From contig NC_091291.1 of NCBI RefSeq assembly GCF_032444005.1, positions 16,988,001-17,052,000 on the forward strand: a DNA stretch of 64,000 nucleotides, read 5' to 3'. A model generated the notes under the pieces. It was not told the origin of the DNA. It searched no databases and was given only the letters and a program-made list of their open reading frames with translations. This DNA comes from Ranitomeya imitator (lineage: Eukaryota). Of this stretch, positions 12,277-25,884 are shown piece after piece (position 1 is the stretch's first letter; every line of letters begins with the position of its first letter). The translations under genes and the position numbers were made by a program.

Positions 12277-12502
12277 TGTTATCCAAACATAAAAAAAGAC
12301 AGAAAATATTCTCTTTTTACTGAAAAGATATTTGAATAATGATTTCTACTTGTTAAAAAAAAATGCCTCTCCAAAAATATTGCATATTGCCAAATTCTAA
12401 TGCCGCTGCAGCCTTGCGTTGACTAGTGAGCGGGCACATGATGCGCAAGATCATCAGATCAGTGGATGGATGTTTTTCACTTTTAGTTTCATCGTGATGG
12501 TT

Positions 12503-15422
12503 TTAGTTTTGATTATTGCACCTATAAATGTCTCCAGCCCGAGACAGAAGCCAAAGGAATCCGGAATCGTAAGTGACATGCTTGAAGGTTGCGCAAAAAT
12601 CTAGACGAGTCCACACTGTGCCAGTTGGGTTATTGGCAGAGATACCATCCCTAAAAAAAAAAAAGAGAGAATCAGTGGTGATACAGATATGGAGCAATGC
12701 AACACAGTTCAATATGTACACGGAAGAGAAATTCTAACGGGTTTCACGTCAATAACATGTATGAATTCTACAGAGCTCCCCTAGGATAAAACATATTTGT
12801 GAGACCAATGGACAACTTTATGGTCCTCTCCATCTTTCCTATTATCAGTGGAGGTCTGAACAGAAGTATCACGTCCTCTATAAATGGGGCACATGTGGTA
12901 AGAGAGGAAAGACCATTGTAAGCTCTTGGTGTTCTCTTATACGGTTTCGGCCTCTGTTATGTTCAAAAAGTTGTGAAAGTTTACTGCAAAAAATAGGGTA
13001 GTGCCAAATGACTAGAATGCTCCACATGGAAGCATGATATGGTTCTCGGTGATATCAGTAGGTATCAATTTTAATGGATATCTGTACTCCTCTGAGAAAG
13101 AAGAATACGAATAGAGGAGAGCGTTCCAAATTGTATTGGTTAGTACAGTAAGAGAGTCAAGCACTCACCTTCTGAAAGCATTTCCAGCCTCGTTGACCCC
13201 ATAGACAAATCCATCGGTGCTGACTTCCAACATGAGGAGTCTGCCATCAACCTGCTGCCATTGACTTCCTACACACGCTTCTGGGCTCACATTTTGACGG
13301 AAAAAGATATTGTTGTCGCCGTTAACACCCCAGCAACCGGCAGAACCGCAGCTGTAATATTTCAGTTTTCCATCCACAAGGCTAAATGACACCAATGAAG
13401 CCTTTGAAGTTACACAACTCTGTTTCAAGCAATAAATGCTGTTGTCAGCGCTTACTCCAACCAGGAACTGATTACCACCGGCGTCCACCTGCTTCAAGAG
13501 TCCTGTAGATGTCAAGAACAGAAAGAACACTTGTTACATAGAGGATTCAAGACAACTATGGTTTCGCACGTAAATCATTCCTCAAGCGTTGTCACCCTTT
13601 GTTACTACGCACAAATTAGACCCAATGACCTAAAGCCCTTGTCCTGTTGAGAAAACCCATTGTCACATACTTTATTAAGAAATGTTGGGGTTTAGAGGGT
13701 TCCTCCATTCAGAATCCCAATCTCTTGGCCATGGTGAAAAGTGGATTCTAAAAGTTTCTCTTGCCCTTGTCCAACATTACATACCCAACCTTCGGCTTCT
13801 TTTCTCTTTGACACTGGGTTTTAGTACAGATTACATCATTGAAAATACATGGACGCTCAGTCAAGATGACTGTTGGCCAACTAAGCATTAGGCAGACACC
13901 CATCTAGGAAGCATTGCCACTAGACACATAGACATCTTGACAATGTAACGTGAACCCATCTCACCTGTCACAGACTGCCATTGATTGTTTTGAAGTTTGA
14001 AGACAACACTGGCATTATTGACTCCCCAGACTCCAGCCGGTCCTACCGACACATGGATAAGTTGCCCAGGAACTTGTTGTAAGCTACTGGTCACCAAGAA
14101 GATGTTTCCATCATCATTCACACCATACACTTGTCCAGCACCAGCATCGATCTGTTTTAGTTTTCCAGGTATTTGAGTACATTGAAAATCTGGAGACAAA
14201 AAAAGATCACAAAAAGTTCAATTAATTTGTATGTTTACTCTCCTGTAGTGTGAACACTAGTCATCATTTAGACAAGTTTTCGGAACACAGACTAGGATGT
14301 CCAAGGTAAAACACATTTCCTAATTTCTTGACTATTTGCTCACAACCTCCTTTCCCCCAATTGGCTTCAGCCACAGTCTACAAGATTAACCCTCAGGGAC
14401 AAAATAATGACAGTGAGGTACAATAGCACTTTTTGTTATCTGGTAATTGACCTTTAATTATGTCGGATGCAATAAATGAAGACAATATCATTTAGCTAAG
14501 ACTAGCAAAAACAAACAAACATGAAATTCAAGAAAAATACATTAATTGGGTAATAACTTCATCATCGTTGCTCATTATTCCATATTTTATTAATAGGTGG
14601 ATCTCATCAGCTTGCGGCAACCACAAAAAGTTAGGATGGTTTCTCACATCCGTAAAACATTGACCTGCTCTGATTGGAAGACATCTACTGACCACTAAAC
14701 CGTCCACCGAAATGACCACTGGGCTAACCACTGGGTTGACCACTGGGCCAACCACCAAGCTTCCCGAGTTGAGATAACTGACTCAAATATGCCTACTAAG
14801 CATTTAGCTCAGAGCGTCGGGCAGGGTCTTCAGATCTGAGCATGGTCAGTGTTTCATGGACAGTACAATGGATAAAAACCCTAAAAGTGTCAGATGCAAA
14901 CTTTTGACATCTATAGGACCTTTTTTGGGGGGCTGTGAACCATATAAATCAACAAGGATCTTATCCAAACTTATATATAGGAACCTTCTGGATATTACGG
15001 GCTACCAAGATCCAAAGGATCCATCTACAGTTGCCTACAAACTAGCTGGGGAAAGCCACAGCCAAAGGATCCCACCTGTATGGTGTTGAATATTATTTAG
15101 CTCTTGGTTAGCCCAACTGCATATATATGAACTTGCATATGGTTCCTATCAATTCTAGATGGACCACAGCCTCCACGAAAAAGTCCTTTCTCTATTATGG
15201 ATTACCGGTCTAAATTACATAAACTATTAAATAACTAATCATTTTTTTATAAATAAAAAAAAGGATCATTAGTGCACATGTCATATAAATGGTCAATACT
15301 CTTCTACATCAATGGGAGTCAGACATGGAGGTAGAGAAGTGGTCAAAGGAGAAGAAGGTCTTACCGGCAGCTATATAGGAGGCTCCTGAGCAGAACAGGA
15401 TCAGTCCGAGGATGAAGCTCAT
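12503..15422 (-). CDS. Fish-egg lectin-like / tectonin-repeat beta-propeller lectin, paralog A (254 aa, secreted)
   Basis: Exons 15365-15422, 13965-14189, 13169-13502 and 12503-12650, all GT-AG, phases 1/1/2, 765 nt, no stops. Signal peptide MSFILGLILFCSGASYIAA. Repeated LKQIDAG/VWGVN tectonin motifs, YYSCGxxGCWGVN, KHVTYDSG. Confidence 0.93.
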
Positions 15423-15471
15423 GGTGGCTGGAGATGGAGTCAGGGAATGTCATAAGCTACAAACTCCATCC

Positions 15472-15479
15472 TATTTATA
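15472..15479 (-). promoter_or_regulatory. TATA box of lectin gene A
   Basis: TATAAATA on the minus strand about 50 bp upstream of the ATG. Confidence 0.7.
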
Positions 15480-16508
15480 CAGGACCCCAGCTCCTCCTTA
15501 CACTACAACCACCTTACTAATGGTCAGAATTTCAGGGAAGGAGATAATGATCTGCTCCTTAACTGAGTCTGTGTTGATTTCATGGTAAACATCATGAAGA
15601 ATGGAAAAACTTATTTCTCTATCCATAGAACACCAGAATAAAGACCCTAATACACATTGACATTTTTTTAAAAATTAGTTTTATGTGTGTTTATACGTGT
15701 AATAGGCTTTGACTTTTTTTTTTTAGAACTTCATAAAATTAGGATTTTATTTTGTACCCTATGATTTTTTTTTTCATTTATTTTACAAATTATGTCATTT
15801 ATTGAATGTTTTATGGAAATGCAAAAAAAAGTGTTTAAAAAACTGCAACAAAGTTTGCCCTTAGAGGTTGAACTTTTTGGTGCAGTGTAAAAACTGATAT
15901 TAAAATCTGTAGGAGGAAACCTTCCTAAAATGGATTGCATTTGTTTGTAAAATAAATTCCTGAACCAATGAAAAACACATCAACGTCAGACTAGCCTAAT
16001 TAGAGTATCCAACATTCCCCGGGAAGTCTAGCTCCTGGCACAAAAATGGACCCCAATTTGGAGGTGACTTTGGAGCAATCACTGGCCACTAGACTCTGTT
16101 TTTCTATGGGATGTTTCACAAATAATGATTAGATCTTATTGATGAAATATCCTGTGTCCTGTGTATACAATGTTCCCCAAAAACTTTTTTAAAAACTAAC
16201 CGAATAATTTCCCAATTTCCCAAAAATTTACGGATTCTATCAAATCCAAAAGATTGGATATTCAAGTCTTCTGAATCAAGTAAAAAGGTGTCCACAGCCA
16301 GGACCATTCTGCTAGTTCTAAATTGGACTTGTAGGGAAAAAATATATATCATACTTACCTCCCTCCTCAGTTCCTCTCTGGAGCTTGCTGGCTTGCTAAC
16401 ATACCTACTACCTCCATTTCGGCTCTGGTCTCCTCTTCACTACACGTTGCTCCATGTAAACAAATGATGAGGCACATCTTATGATATCAGAACATTCATA
16501 GAAACCTA

Positions 16509-17600
16509 ACCGGTGCTGGAGGCATTGGTCAAGAGGAGACCAGAGTGTACAGTGAGTCTCAGTAAGCCATCACTGGAAGCATTAGTAAAGAGGAGACGAG
16601 AGTGCGGATTGACACACTGGGTCTAAGAAAGCCATCGCTGGAGGCATTGGTGAAAAGAGGTCCAGAATGCGAAGCCATCGCTGGAGGCATTGGTGAAGAG
16701 GAGACCAGAGTGCGAAGCCATCGCTGGAGGCATTGGTGAAAAGGGGAACAGAGTGCAAAGCCATCGCTGGAGGCATTGGTGAAAAGGGGACCAGAGTGCG
16801 AAGCCATCGCTGGAGGCATTGGTCAAGAGGAGACCAGAGTGTACAGTGAGTCTCAGTAAGCCATCACTGGAAGCATTGGTAAAGAGGAGACGAGAGTGCG
16901 GATTGACACACTGGGTCTAAGAAAGCCATCGCCGCAGGCATTGGTGAAAAGGGGACCAGAGTGCGAAGCCATCGCTGGAGGCATTGGTGAAGAGGAGACC
17001 AGAGTGGGGAATGGGTTTAAGAAAGCAATCACTGGAAATGTTGATGAAAAGGCTACCAAAGTATGGACTGGTTCTAAAAAGGCCATCACTGGAGGCCTTG
17101 GTGAAGAGGGGACCACAGTGCAGAATGGAACTAAGAAAGCCATCGCTGGAAGCATTGGTGAAGAGGAGACCAGAGTGAAGAGTGGGTCTAAGAAATCCAT
17201 CGCTGGAGGCATTGTTGAGGAGAAGACTAGAGTGCGGAGTGGGTCTAAGAAAGCCATCACTAGAGGCATTGGTGAATAGGAGACCAGAGTGGGGAATGGG
17301 TTTAAAATAGTAATCAATGGAGATATTGGTGAAGAGGATATCAAAATATGGACTGGTTCTAAGAAAGTCATCACTAGAGGCATTAATGAAGAGAGGACCA
17401 AAGTGCAAGAGTGACCAACTGGGTGTAAGAAAACCATCATGGAGGTGAACATGAAACCAGAATGCATAGTGGATCTAAGAAAGCCATTGCTGGTGGCATT
17501 GATGAAGAGCAGATCAAAGTGCAGATTGGATCTAAGAAAGCCATTACTGGAGGCATTTGTGAAGAGGAGACCAGAGTATGGAGTGGGTCTAAGAAAGCCA
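16509..17600 (+). repeat. 57-bp (and shortened about 43-bp) tandem repeat with an internal about 295-bp block duplication
   Basis: CTAAGAAAGCCATCGCTGGAGGCATTGGTGAAGAGGAGACCAGAGTG... recurs at 57-bp spacing (17131, 17188). Block 16528-16640 is repeated at about 16823-16935. Confidence 0.9.
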
Positions 17601-20600
17601 TAGGAGAAACGGCAGAAGAGACAAATGAGGGAATGGTGATTATGATAGTTTATTGTCTTTTAAGCCCTTTCCTGGTCCATTCATTTATTAATCTTCGCGG
17701 TCGGAAGACTTCAGAACATAGTAAACAATTTTTTTCTGCTATTAGGGCAATTTCAGTTGTATCGAATAAATTTGATGCAAATTACATTTCCTAGTTGAAT
17801 CATGAGATTCTATGAATTAAAATTTTGGCAGATTTGATCATCTCTAATTACAATTATGAAATTAAAGTGACCATGCAGAAGTTCTGTGCCAATGAACGGT
17901 CGTGCCTGACGCAGGTGTAATGAAGGCCCTTAGTCGGCAATCCTTGTATATAGATTTGACTCTAATGGGATACCTTTCAGCATTATGTTATGTGTGATTA
18001 CATGGTCAAGTCCTTAGCGGAACAAGGAAAAAAATACTGTATATGAAAAAGTTAAATTAAATATTTTAAAATCTAAAAAAGCCTCTTCATAATTAAAAAA
18101 AAATATCAAAATCAATAAAGAAAAAATGTATGAAATAGATATCAGTGACCGTTGACTCAAACTCTATAACTTTAACCAATCAACAGAAAATAGAAGAGTT
18201 ACGACCATCAGAAATTGCTCACCCAAAATTGAAAAGCGTTTGGTATTGACAAAATAATCGCAATAAAAACAAAATGCAAAAAAAAAACAGTAACATTGTA
18301 GAATTGCTGTTTTTCTAAAGTCCCCTAAAAAATAAAAATGTAAAATATCTTCGATCTATAATGGGCCTAATTCATCATTTGCTGTTTTTTACTAATCACT
18401 TTTCTTTTTTTTATCTTGTAGTATTCAATGACATTTTTGGACCAAATTCTTCAAAATAGTTCATGTGGTTAATTATTACTGTATAATATATATATACAGC
18501 ATATAGATTTGTTTTTACTTATTTGCACTTTTTTAAAGAATAAAAAGTTGTCTGTAAAGCTAAAACGCCACGACATTTGTGCATAAATTACCAACATAAC
18601 TAAAATCACTCCATGGGAGAGGTTTGCGCAAAAAATTTAGGACCTTTTTTAAAATTTTTAAACTAGACACAAACATCTGGAAAACAAAATTCACGTCGAC
18701 ATTTAAAAACCTTAAAAAAACCCAAATAAGCAAATGCTTCAGAAAACAGCAATTTTGCATTTTTTTTTCGGAAGTTTCTTTTTGTGCTTTCTTTCTGGCG
18801 CATTTTGAAGCAATTTAAATTTTTGTTTGACTTTTTTTTAAGTACATTAAGCAATGAGTAAAACTCATTTATTTTTTTAAGGCAAACAAAGATTTTTGTG
18901 AAAACATCAGACAAAAGAAACCTTTCTCTATTATCCATCAATGTTGACCCCCACAAACAAACTTTATTTTTCACATACGTGATATACTGATTGATAAAAC
19001 TGGATAAATCCAAATTTTTCACCAGATTCTGTTTTTTTTTTTTTGCTTTATTGATAAGATGTAATGATGCGTTTTATCTCTTGGATCTTAAGGGATCAAT
19101 GTAGGAGTCACCGAAGTGTTTGTAGAGGGATGTCATCCATCTCTCTTGCCTTTTGTTCCTTACCTGATAAGATGACTTTAGAAGTTATTATCTCAGGGGC
19201 AAATATTTAAAACCTTCTTATTGTTGACCTTACAGTATTCCTCCTAATCTGTCATCTCGGCAGCTTTGCCTCTGGATATTGCTCTTCTATCCCACCTTGA
19301 TGTGAAGGTCCATCCTTGAAGGCACACAATCCATTAGTGATGTCAGATGTCACACATGGATGACGCATTTCGAACCAAGCTGGATAAGATGTGATTAAGA
19401 ACCGGTTTGGTTTGAAGCGCGTCATCCATGTGATTTTATTCACTCCCTCCTTCATTTTTCTATTATGTTTTTAAAGTTTTGGGAATAAATGTGAAATTTT
19501 AATCCTTCATTGGGATTGCAGGATTTACATATTTTGGATGTGACATCACGATCCCTCCTTAAAAAGGGGTCTACAGAACCAAACCTTCAGGGCCATCAAC
19601 CCAATTGGTCCACAAGTTCATTTTTTGTTGACCCATGGAATATCCCTAATTTGTACAGTTACATCCCTGGTACAAAATGCTCCTCTGAATTAGACCTTAC
19701 CGGTACGAATAGGTATATCCAATCTAACCATATTTAATGAATGCTCGTTGGTCATTAATGAGCGGAAAATGTAAAGTGAACCTGTCATCAGCTTTTCCCA
19801 GTCTATACTGAAGCCACCACGTTTAATGACTCTTTTACCAAGGTTCTTCAACCTGTATAAAAGCCCCCAACTCCCTCTGCATATCCCCGAAAAATACATT
19901 TTAGAATTTCATCATAAGGCACGGTCCGATGGGCATCGCTGGTCTTGCTCCGCGTCTACTTTACCGGCACAAACAGCTTCCTCCTGCCTTGACTGATGTA
20001 GATGATACCATGCACACAATGCCACCAATCTCCCTTCTGCGTAGAAAAGCACAGACCTGCGCAGATGAACGTTGCCCTACCCTGTAATGTGCATGTGCCC
20101 AGGAGAAGACAGAGAAAGCGCCGATGGCTCGGAAAAGCAGACGCTTCGACGTTACAGAACTTTGCTCTTCCTTAGCTAGGCAAAGTGAAACGTGCCTCCA
20201 CAGGTCTGTGCCCCAACTGTGCAGAAGGCAGATTGGCGTCGCTGTATGGATGATGTAGGATGCGTCATCCACATCAACCAAGGCTGGGGAACGGCGACTG
20301 TAGGGATAGAGGAGGCACCAAGGAAGACCAACAAAGCCCATCGGAACGGACCTCGCCATATGGTGGAATTATAAAGAGTATTATTTGGATATGACTGACA
20401 GCTGAGCCCGTCCTTATTGGGAAGTTTGGCTGACATTAATTAATGGGCGGCTTTGATAGGACAACTTGATCTAACACAAGCACATTCTCCGGATCACCGG
20501 AGCCCAACTTGTGTTCTGTTTTATTCAAAGACCAATGTTCCTGGATTCATGTTTTACAATTTTTCTATTTTTGACTTGCCATTTATTGCACCTAATTCAT

Positions 20601-21419
20601 CAAAATGGCTAGTTTCGTTCAAGAATTTGGCGCAAAGTCAAAAATGGGCTTTTTTTTTTGCTGTCACTTATCATTTTTTTGCAACTTTTCGAGCAATTTA
20701 TTTTCAAAACGTCGCAACTTTTTGATCTCAGTGAGGAAAGTCTCCCCAGGCGTGGGGAACTGGAGGGGAGTTGAGTCAAATTTTGCCACTTTTTAAAAAG
20801 TCACAATTGTTTAATCAGCTGAAAAATATCTGGAATTGCTAAACTCTGGCAGGTAGGCACATGTAAAATAGATTTTTTTAAAAAGTTCAATAAAAATAAT
20901 GAATTGTGAGCAAAAAAAGGTGCAAAATATACAAACTAGACGAAAAACAGCAGCAATGGCAATGATGAATCAAAACCCAAATGTTTTACTTTCTAAAGCT
21001 TCCTGACGTCAACCTATGATTTTTTGCAATGTACATGGCCACTAACTGGAACTAGTACAATGCGGTCCATGTATGAACTGATGCGTAGAGACTCCGGTCA
21101 TGCAGACAACAAAGGAAAGCTGCACATGGAGATCGAAAAGATAATGATGTTGGGTAGTAGAAGACAAAGGTGATCTGATAATTGACTCATCACAAGAAAC
21201 ACTTTGGAGATATCCACATTTCTGTCCCATTCATGTAATTTCTGTGTCTGCTGTCACGTATCTAATGATGTTTTTGTGGTAAGAAACAAGGGAATGTGAT
21301 AAGGGCACAGGTAAAATGAAGATCAAAAACCAGCAGATAAATGCAAAAGAGATAAGGTTCTGATCACAAGTCCAATTGTTGTTTCCATTTTTGGATCATA
21401 AAAACGGAAACACAATGAT

Positions 21420-22560
21420 CAGACACCAGATCCGAGTAAAGAAGTCTAGAGGCCAGATTTGAGTAAAGGGGTTGAGAGATCAGATTCGAATAAAGGAGCC
21501 AAGCGACTAAATCTGAGTAAAGGAATAGAGAGACCAGATCTGAGTAAAGTAGTCAGGATGCCAGATCTGGGTAAAGGAGCCGAGAGACCAGATCTGAATA
21601 AAGGAGCCAAGAGACCAGATCCAAATAAAGGAGCCAAGAGACCAGATCCACATAAAGGAGCTAAGAGACCAGATCCGAGTAAAGTAGTCAGGAGGCCAGA
21701 TCTGGGTAAACGAGCTGAAAGATCAGATCTGAATAAAGGAGTGTAGAGACCAGACCCGATTAAAGTAGTCAGGAGGCCAGATCTGGGTAAACGAGTCGAG
21801 AGACCAGATCCAAGTAAAGAAATCGAGAGACAAGATCTGAGTAAAGGAATTGTGAGACCAGATGCAAGTAAAGGAGTCCAGTTGCCAGATCAGAGTACAG
21901 GATCTGACAGACCAGATCTGTGAAAAGGAGTCAAGAGGCCAGATCTGAGTAAAGGAGTCGAGAGACCAGATCTGAGTAAAGGAGTCGAGAGACCAAATCC
22001 GGGAAAATGAGTCAAGAGCCAGATCCGGGAAAATAAGTCGAGAGGCCTGATCTGAGTAAAGGAGTCAAGAGACCAGATCAGAGTAAAGGAGTCGAGAGAC
22101 CAGATCCACGTAAAGGAGTTGAGAGATCAGATCCAGGTAAAAGAATCGAGAGACCAAATACGGGTAATGGAATTGAGAGAACAGATCCGGTAAAGGAGTC
22201 AAGAGACCAGAATCCGAGTAAAGAAATTGAGAGGCCAGATTCAGGTAAAGGAGTCAAGAGACCAGAATCCGTGTAAAGAAATTGAGAGGCCAGATTCAGG
22301 TAAAGGAGTCAAGAGACCAGATCCAAGTAAAAGGGTCGAGAGACCAGATCACAGTGAAAAGGGTTGAGACCAGATCAGAGTTAAGGAGCCAAGAGACCAG
22401 ATTCGGGTAAAATAATTGAGAGACCAAATCCAGGTAAAGGAATCGAGAGAACAGATCCGAGTAAAGAAATTGAGAGACCAGATTTGGGTAAAAGAGTTGA
22501 AAGACCAGATCCGAGTAAAGAAGTCGAGAGGCCAGATCCACGTACAGGATCTGACAGACA
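21420..22560 (+). repeat. 27-bp minisatellite (CCAGATCTGAGTAAAGGAGTCGAGAGA)n
   Basis: 27-bp period (for example 21965 and 21992), about 40 diverged copies. Confidence 0.93.
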
Positions 22561-22619
22561 GATCCTAGGTCCGCAGCAGACCTAAGGTTTATCCAAAAGA
22601 ACACAAATAAGGACCATAT

Positions 22620-23190
22620 GGAACCTGTCATGTGCAAAAATGCTATTTACCTGCAGGTATGGGGAAAATCCAGAGGTAAATAGCATTAAAGTGCTTCCTG
22701 CTGAGGCACAGATACCGGGAGGAGATGAGTTTATATCCTCCCAGGAATCTTTATTTTTATATAGCGCTAACATATTCCTCAGCACTTTACAGTTTGCACA
22801 AATTATCATCGCTGTGCCCAATGGGGCTCACAATCTAAATTCCCTATCAGTATGTCTTTGGAATGTGGGAGGAAACCGGAGAACCCGGAGGAAACACACG
22901 CAAACACGGAGAGAACATACAAAATCTTTGCAGATGTTGTCCTGAGCTGCAAGGCTGCTGTGCTAACCACTGAGCCACCGTGCTGCCCAAGTATGTGCAG
23001 ACCGAACTGTCAATCAAAGTGCCAGTGAGTGATTACATCCGTGCACCAACCAGTGATTGAAAGCGATCGTCTCCTGGGTGGATATAAGTTCATTGCCTAC
23101 CAGTAGTCGCACTTTTGGAGGCCAGGTGGCATTTTAATGCTATTTACCTGTGGATTAACCCTATATCTGCAGGTAATTAAAGTTTTTGTA
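22620..23190. mobile_element. MITE remnant with inverted arms, interrupted by a SINE
   Basis: AATGCTATTTACCTG / CAGAGGTAAATAGCATT motifs near both ends, and GAACCTGTCA at the left end. Confidence 0.45.
22747..22988 (-). mobile_element. tRNA-derived SINE (V-SINE-like) with a LINE-derived 3' tail
   Basis: Reverse complement begins GGGCAGCACGGTGGCTCAGTGGTTAGC (A box), has a central GTTTCCTCCGGGTTCTCCGGTTTCCTCCCACA domain, and ends TAGATTGTGAGCCCC...GCGCTATATAAAAATAAA. Confidence 0.8.
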
Positions 23191-24099
23191 TATGAGTGGC
23201 TGCAATGATACCCATGGGACTGCTCCCTTACAAGAGCCCTGCCCAAGGCACCTTCTCCTCCCGCAATAAGAAACCTGTTCTCCCACCCTAATGATATGTA
23301 CTAATTAACATAGCAAAAAAAGAGTCTGTGGCTAGAATGACCCGGATTAACAAGTGTTCCAACCTTTTGCCTAGATGGCTGTCTTTGTAGGACAGGGGCT
23401 GCTATTGATTGGCAATAGTTATGCACTTGGTCAGGGAAGGGAATGCTGAGCAGGAGAAAAAGAGGAAAAAACAAATATATCCATATGCTCCAAGATCCTA
23501 CATTTTCTCCATCTTCTTACAAATACATTGTGTTCCTTAAAACCCGGCTGTTGTCTTCGGTCAAAAACGACCGACCTTGAACTTCAATATTCTTTCAAAT
23601 ATTCAAGATGCGGCTCTGAAACCCGTGGCCGACCGACCCATCCTCATTTAAGTCAATCAACCACAAGTTTCAGAACCGCATCTTGAACACCCCCAAAAAA
23701 TACCAAAGTTCAAAATCGGTCTCCCCAGACCGAAGACAACAGCAGGGTTAAACTTCCACTACATGGTTCCTCGGTGTCAAACCGATAGGAAAAGACGGGT
23801 AAACTTCACCCCAAAGTAAACTTTCAGAATTTTCTCTTTGTAGGTATATTTTTGAGAAAAATGTAAATTGTTATTTTATTCTCTAAATTCTGAAATTCCT
23901 ACTAATAATTTTTGTAGTTTTTTTCTGACAAAGAAAAATGGTCAAAATTAAAAAAAAAAAACAGTACTTTCAGACCTCAAAAAATGCAAAGAAAACAAGT
24001 TTATAATCATTTAAAAACAACAATACTAATGTTTTAACTCAGAAAGAGTTCAGAAATCAATATTTGGTGGAATAACCACTATGGTTGTCAGTGCCGGCT

Positions 24100-25034
24100 T
24101 GCTGTGAGCGCCACCCTGTGGTTGGCGCTTATAGCAATGCATTAATTCTGCTACATAGAGGTGATCTGATCATCACCTCTATGAAGCAGAGCCGATCAGG
24201 CTATGGCAGTTTCTAGTCACCCATGGAGACTATTGAAGCATGCCAAAAGTAAAAAAAAAAAAAGTTTTAAAATTTTTTAAAACAATATAAAAGTTCAAAT
24301 CACCCCCCTTTTGCCCCAATCAAAATAATACAATAAAAATAAAATCAAACCCACACATATTTGGTATCGCCGCGTTCAGAATCGCCCGATCTATCAATAA
24401 AAAAAAGGATTAACCTGATCACTAAATGGCATAGCAAGAAAAAAGTAAAAACGCCAAAATTACATTTTTTTGGTCGCCGCAACATTTCAATAAAATGCAA
24501 TAACGGGCGATCAAAAGAACGTATCTGCACCAAAATGATATCATTAAAAACGTCAGCTTAGCACGCAAAAAATAAACCCTCAACCGACCCCAGATCACGA
24601 AAAATGGAGACGTTACTGGTATCGGAAAATGGCGCCATTTTTTAAACAAAGTTTGGATTTTTTTTTCACCACTTAAATAAAAAATAACCTAGACATGTTT
24701 GGTGTCTATGAACTCGTAATGAGCTGGAGCATCATAATGGCAGGTCAGTTTTAGCATTTAGGGAACCTAGCAAAAAAAGCCAAACAAAAAACAAGTGTGG
24801 GATTGCACTTTATTTTTGCAATTTCACCGCACTTGGAATTTTTATTTCCCATTTTCCAGTACACGACATGGTAAAACCAATAGCGTCGTTCAAAAATACA
24901 ACTCGTCCCGCAAAACATAATCCCTCACATGGCCATTTTGACGGAAAAATAAACAAGTTATGGCTCTGGGAAGGAGGGGAGCGAAAAACGAAAACGCAAA
25001 ACCGAAAAAAAAGCTCCGGGGGTTAAAGGGTTAA
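24100..25034 (+). mobile_element. Right part of a non-autonomous TTAA-type (piggyBac-like) DNA element
   Basis: Ends ...AAAGGG|TTAA at 25027-25034. The left terminus was not identified, so the start is approximate. Confidence 0.45.
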
Positions 25035-25254
25035 AATCTACTTAAAAGCTTTTCCATGTCTTGGATTCCATTTTTCTTTAGCAAGTCTTATAACGTATTT
25101 AATAAACTTTATACATGTCATTTTAAAAAAAAAAAACAACAACCAAAAACGCAATACACAAAATAAAAATAGTAAATTAGTAAAGGCAAGGAAATTCACC
25201 TAAGTAATTAAATTTATAGCGCTAATGTAACAAAAATTAATTAAGGGGGCATTG

Positions 25255-25412
25255 TAGATTGTGAGCCCTCGCGGGCAGGGTCCTCTCAACTCCCCTACCA
25301 GTCGTGACTTCTATTGCTTAAGATTATTGTACCTGTTTTATTATGTATACCCCTTTTCACTTGTAATGCGCCATGGAATATATGGCGCTATAATAATAAA
25401 TAATAATAATAT
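25255..25412 (+). mobile_element. 3' tail of an L2/CR1-clade LINE or of the related SINE
   Basis: TAGATTGTGAGCCCTCGCGGGCAGGG...GGCGCTATAATAATAAATAATAATAAT. Same tail motif as the SINEs at 22747 and 28516. Confidence 0.6.
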
Positions 25413-25734
25413 TTTGATTCTCTAGAAACAAAGAAAACAAATCTACCTTTTCCGTCACTCGTATTGCAGAGGTTTTTTTTGTAGCATTTTTTTTAATGGA
25501 TTTATTTTGATATAATGCATTCAATAAACTTTATATAAGAACGTATAATAAGAATAAAACCAAGACAAAAATAAATACAGTAAATACAACAGGTTAAACT
25601 AATACTAGATTAAAGGTAAATTAATATATTGACATAATAAAACACTAATGTAAAAAAAATGAGTTGCTGAAATTAAGTAAAAATAAAGTAAAAAAAAAAT
25701 TACTCTAAAAATCACTTTGACTATGAAGACAGAA

Positions 25735-25884
25735 AGGACCGATTCAAGGAGCAGATCGTTATCTCCTTCCCTGTCCTTTTGATCATTAGTGAGGTGGTTG
25801 TAGTTTAAGGAGGAGTCGGGGGTCTTATACAAATAGGATTGAGTTTACAGCCCAGGACATTCCCTGACTCCATCTCCGGTCACC
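25735..25884 (+). promoter_or_regulatory. Proximal promoter/5'UTR of gene B, homologous to that of gene A (15423-15570)
   Basis: Shared blocks AAGGAGCAGATC.TTATCTCCTTCCCTG (GATA core), GGTGGTTGTAGT.TAAGGAGGAG and GACATTCCCTGACTCCATCTCC. The TATA equivalent is altered (TATACAAATAGG). Confidence 0.7.

Noticed and set aside
14528-14850. Possible DNA-transposon fragment in intron 1 of gene A
   Set aside because: No catalytic motif or termini could be identified.
21446-22637. 9-residue repeat ORFs (KGAERPDLN...)
   Set aside because: Frequent stops and indels break the frame across the array. It is a non-coding minisatellite.
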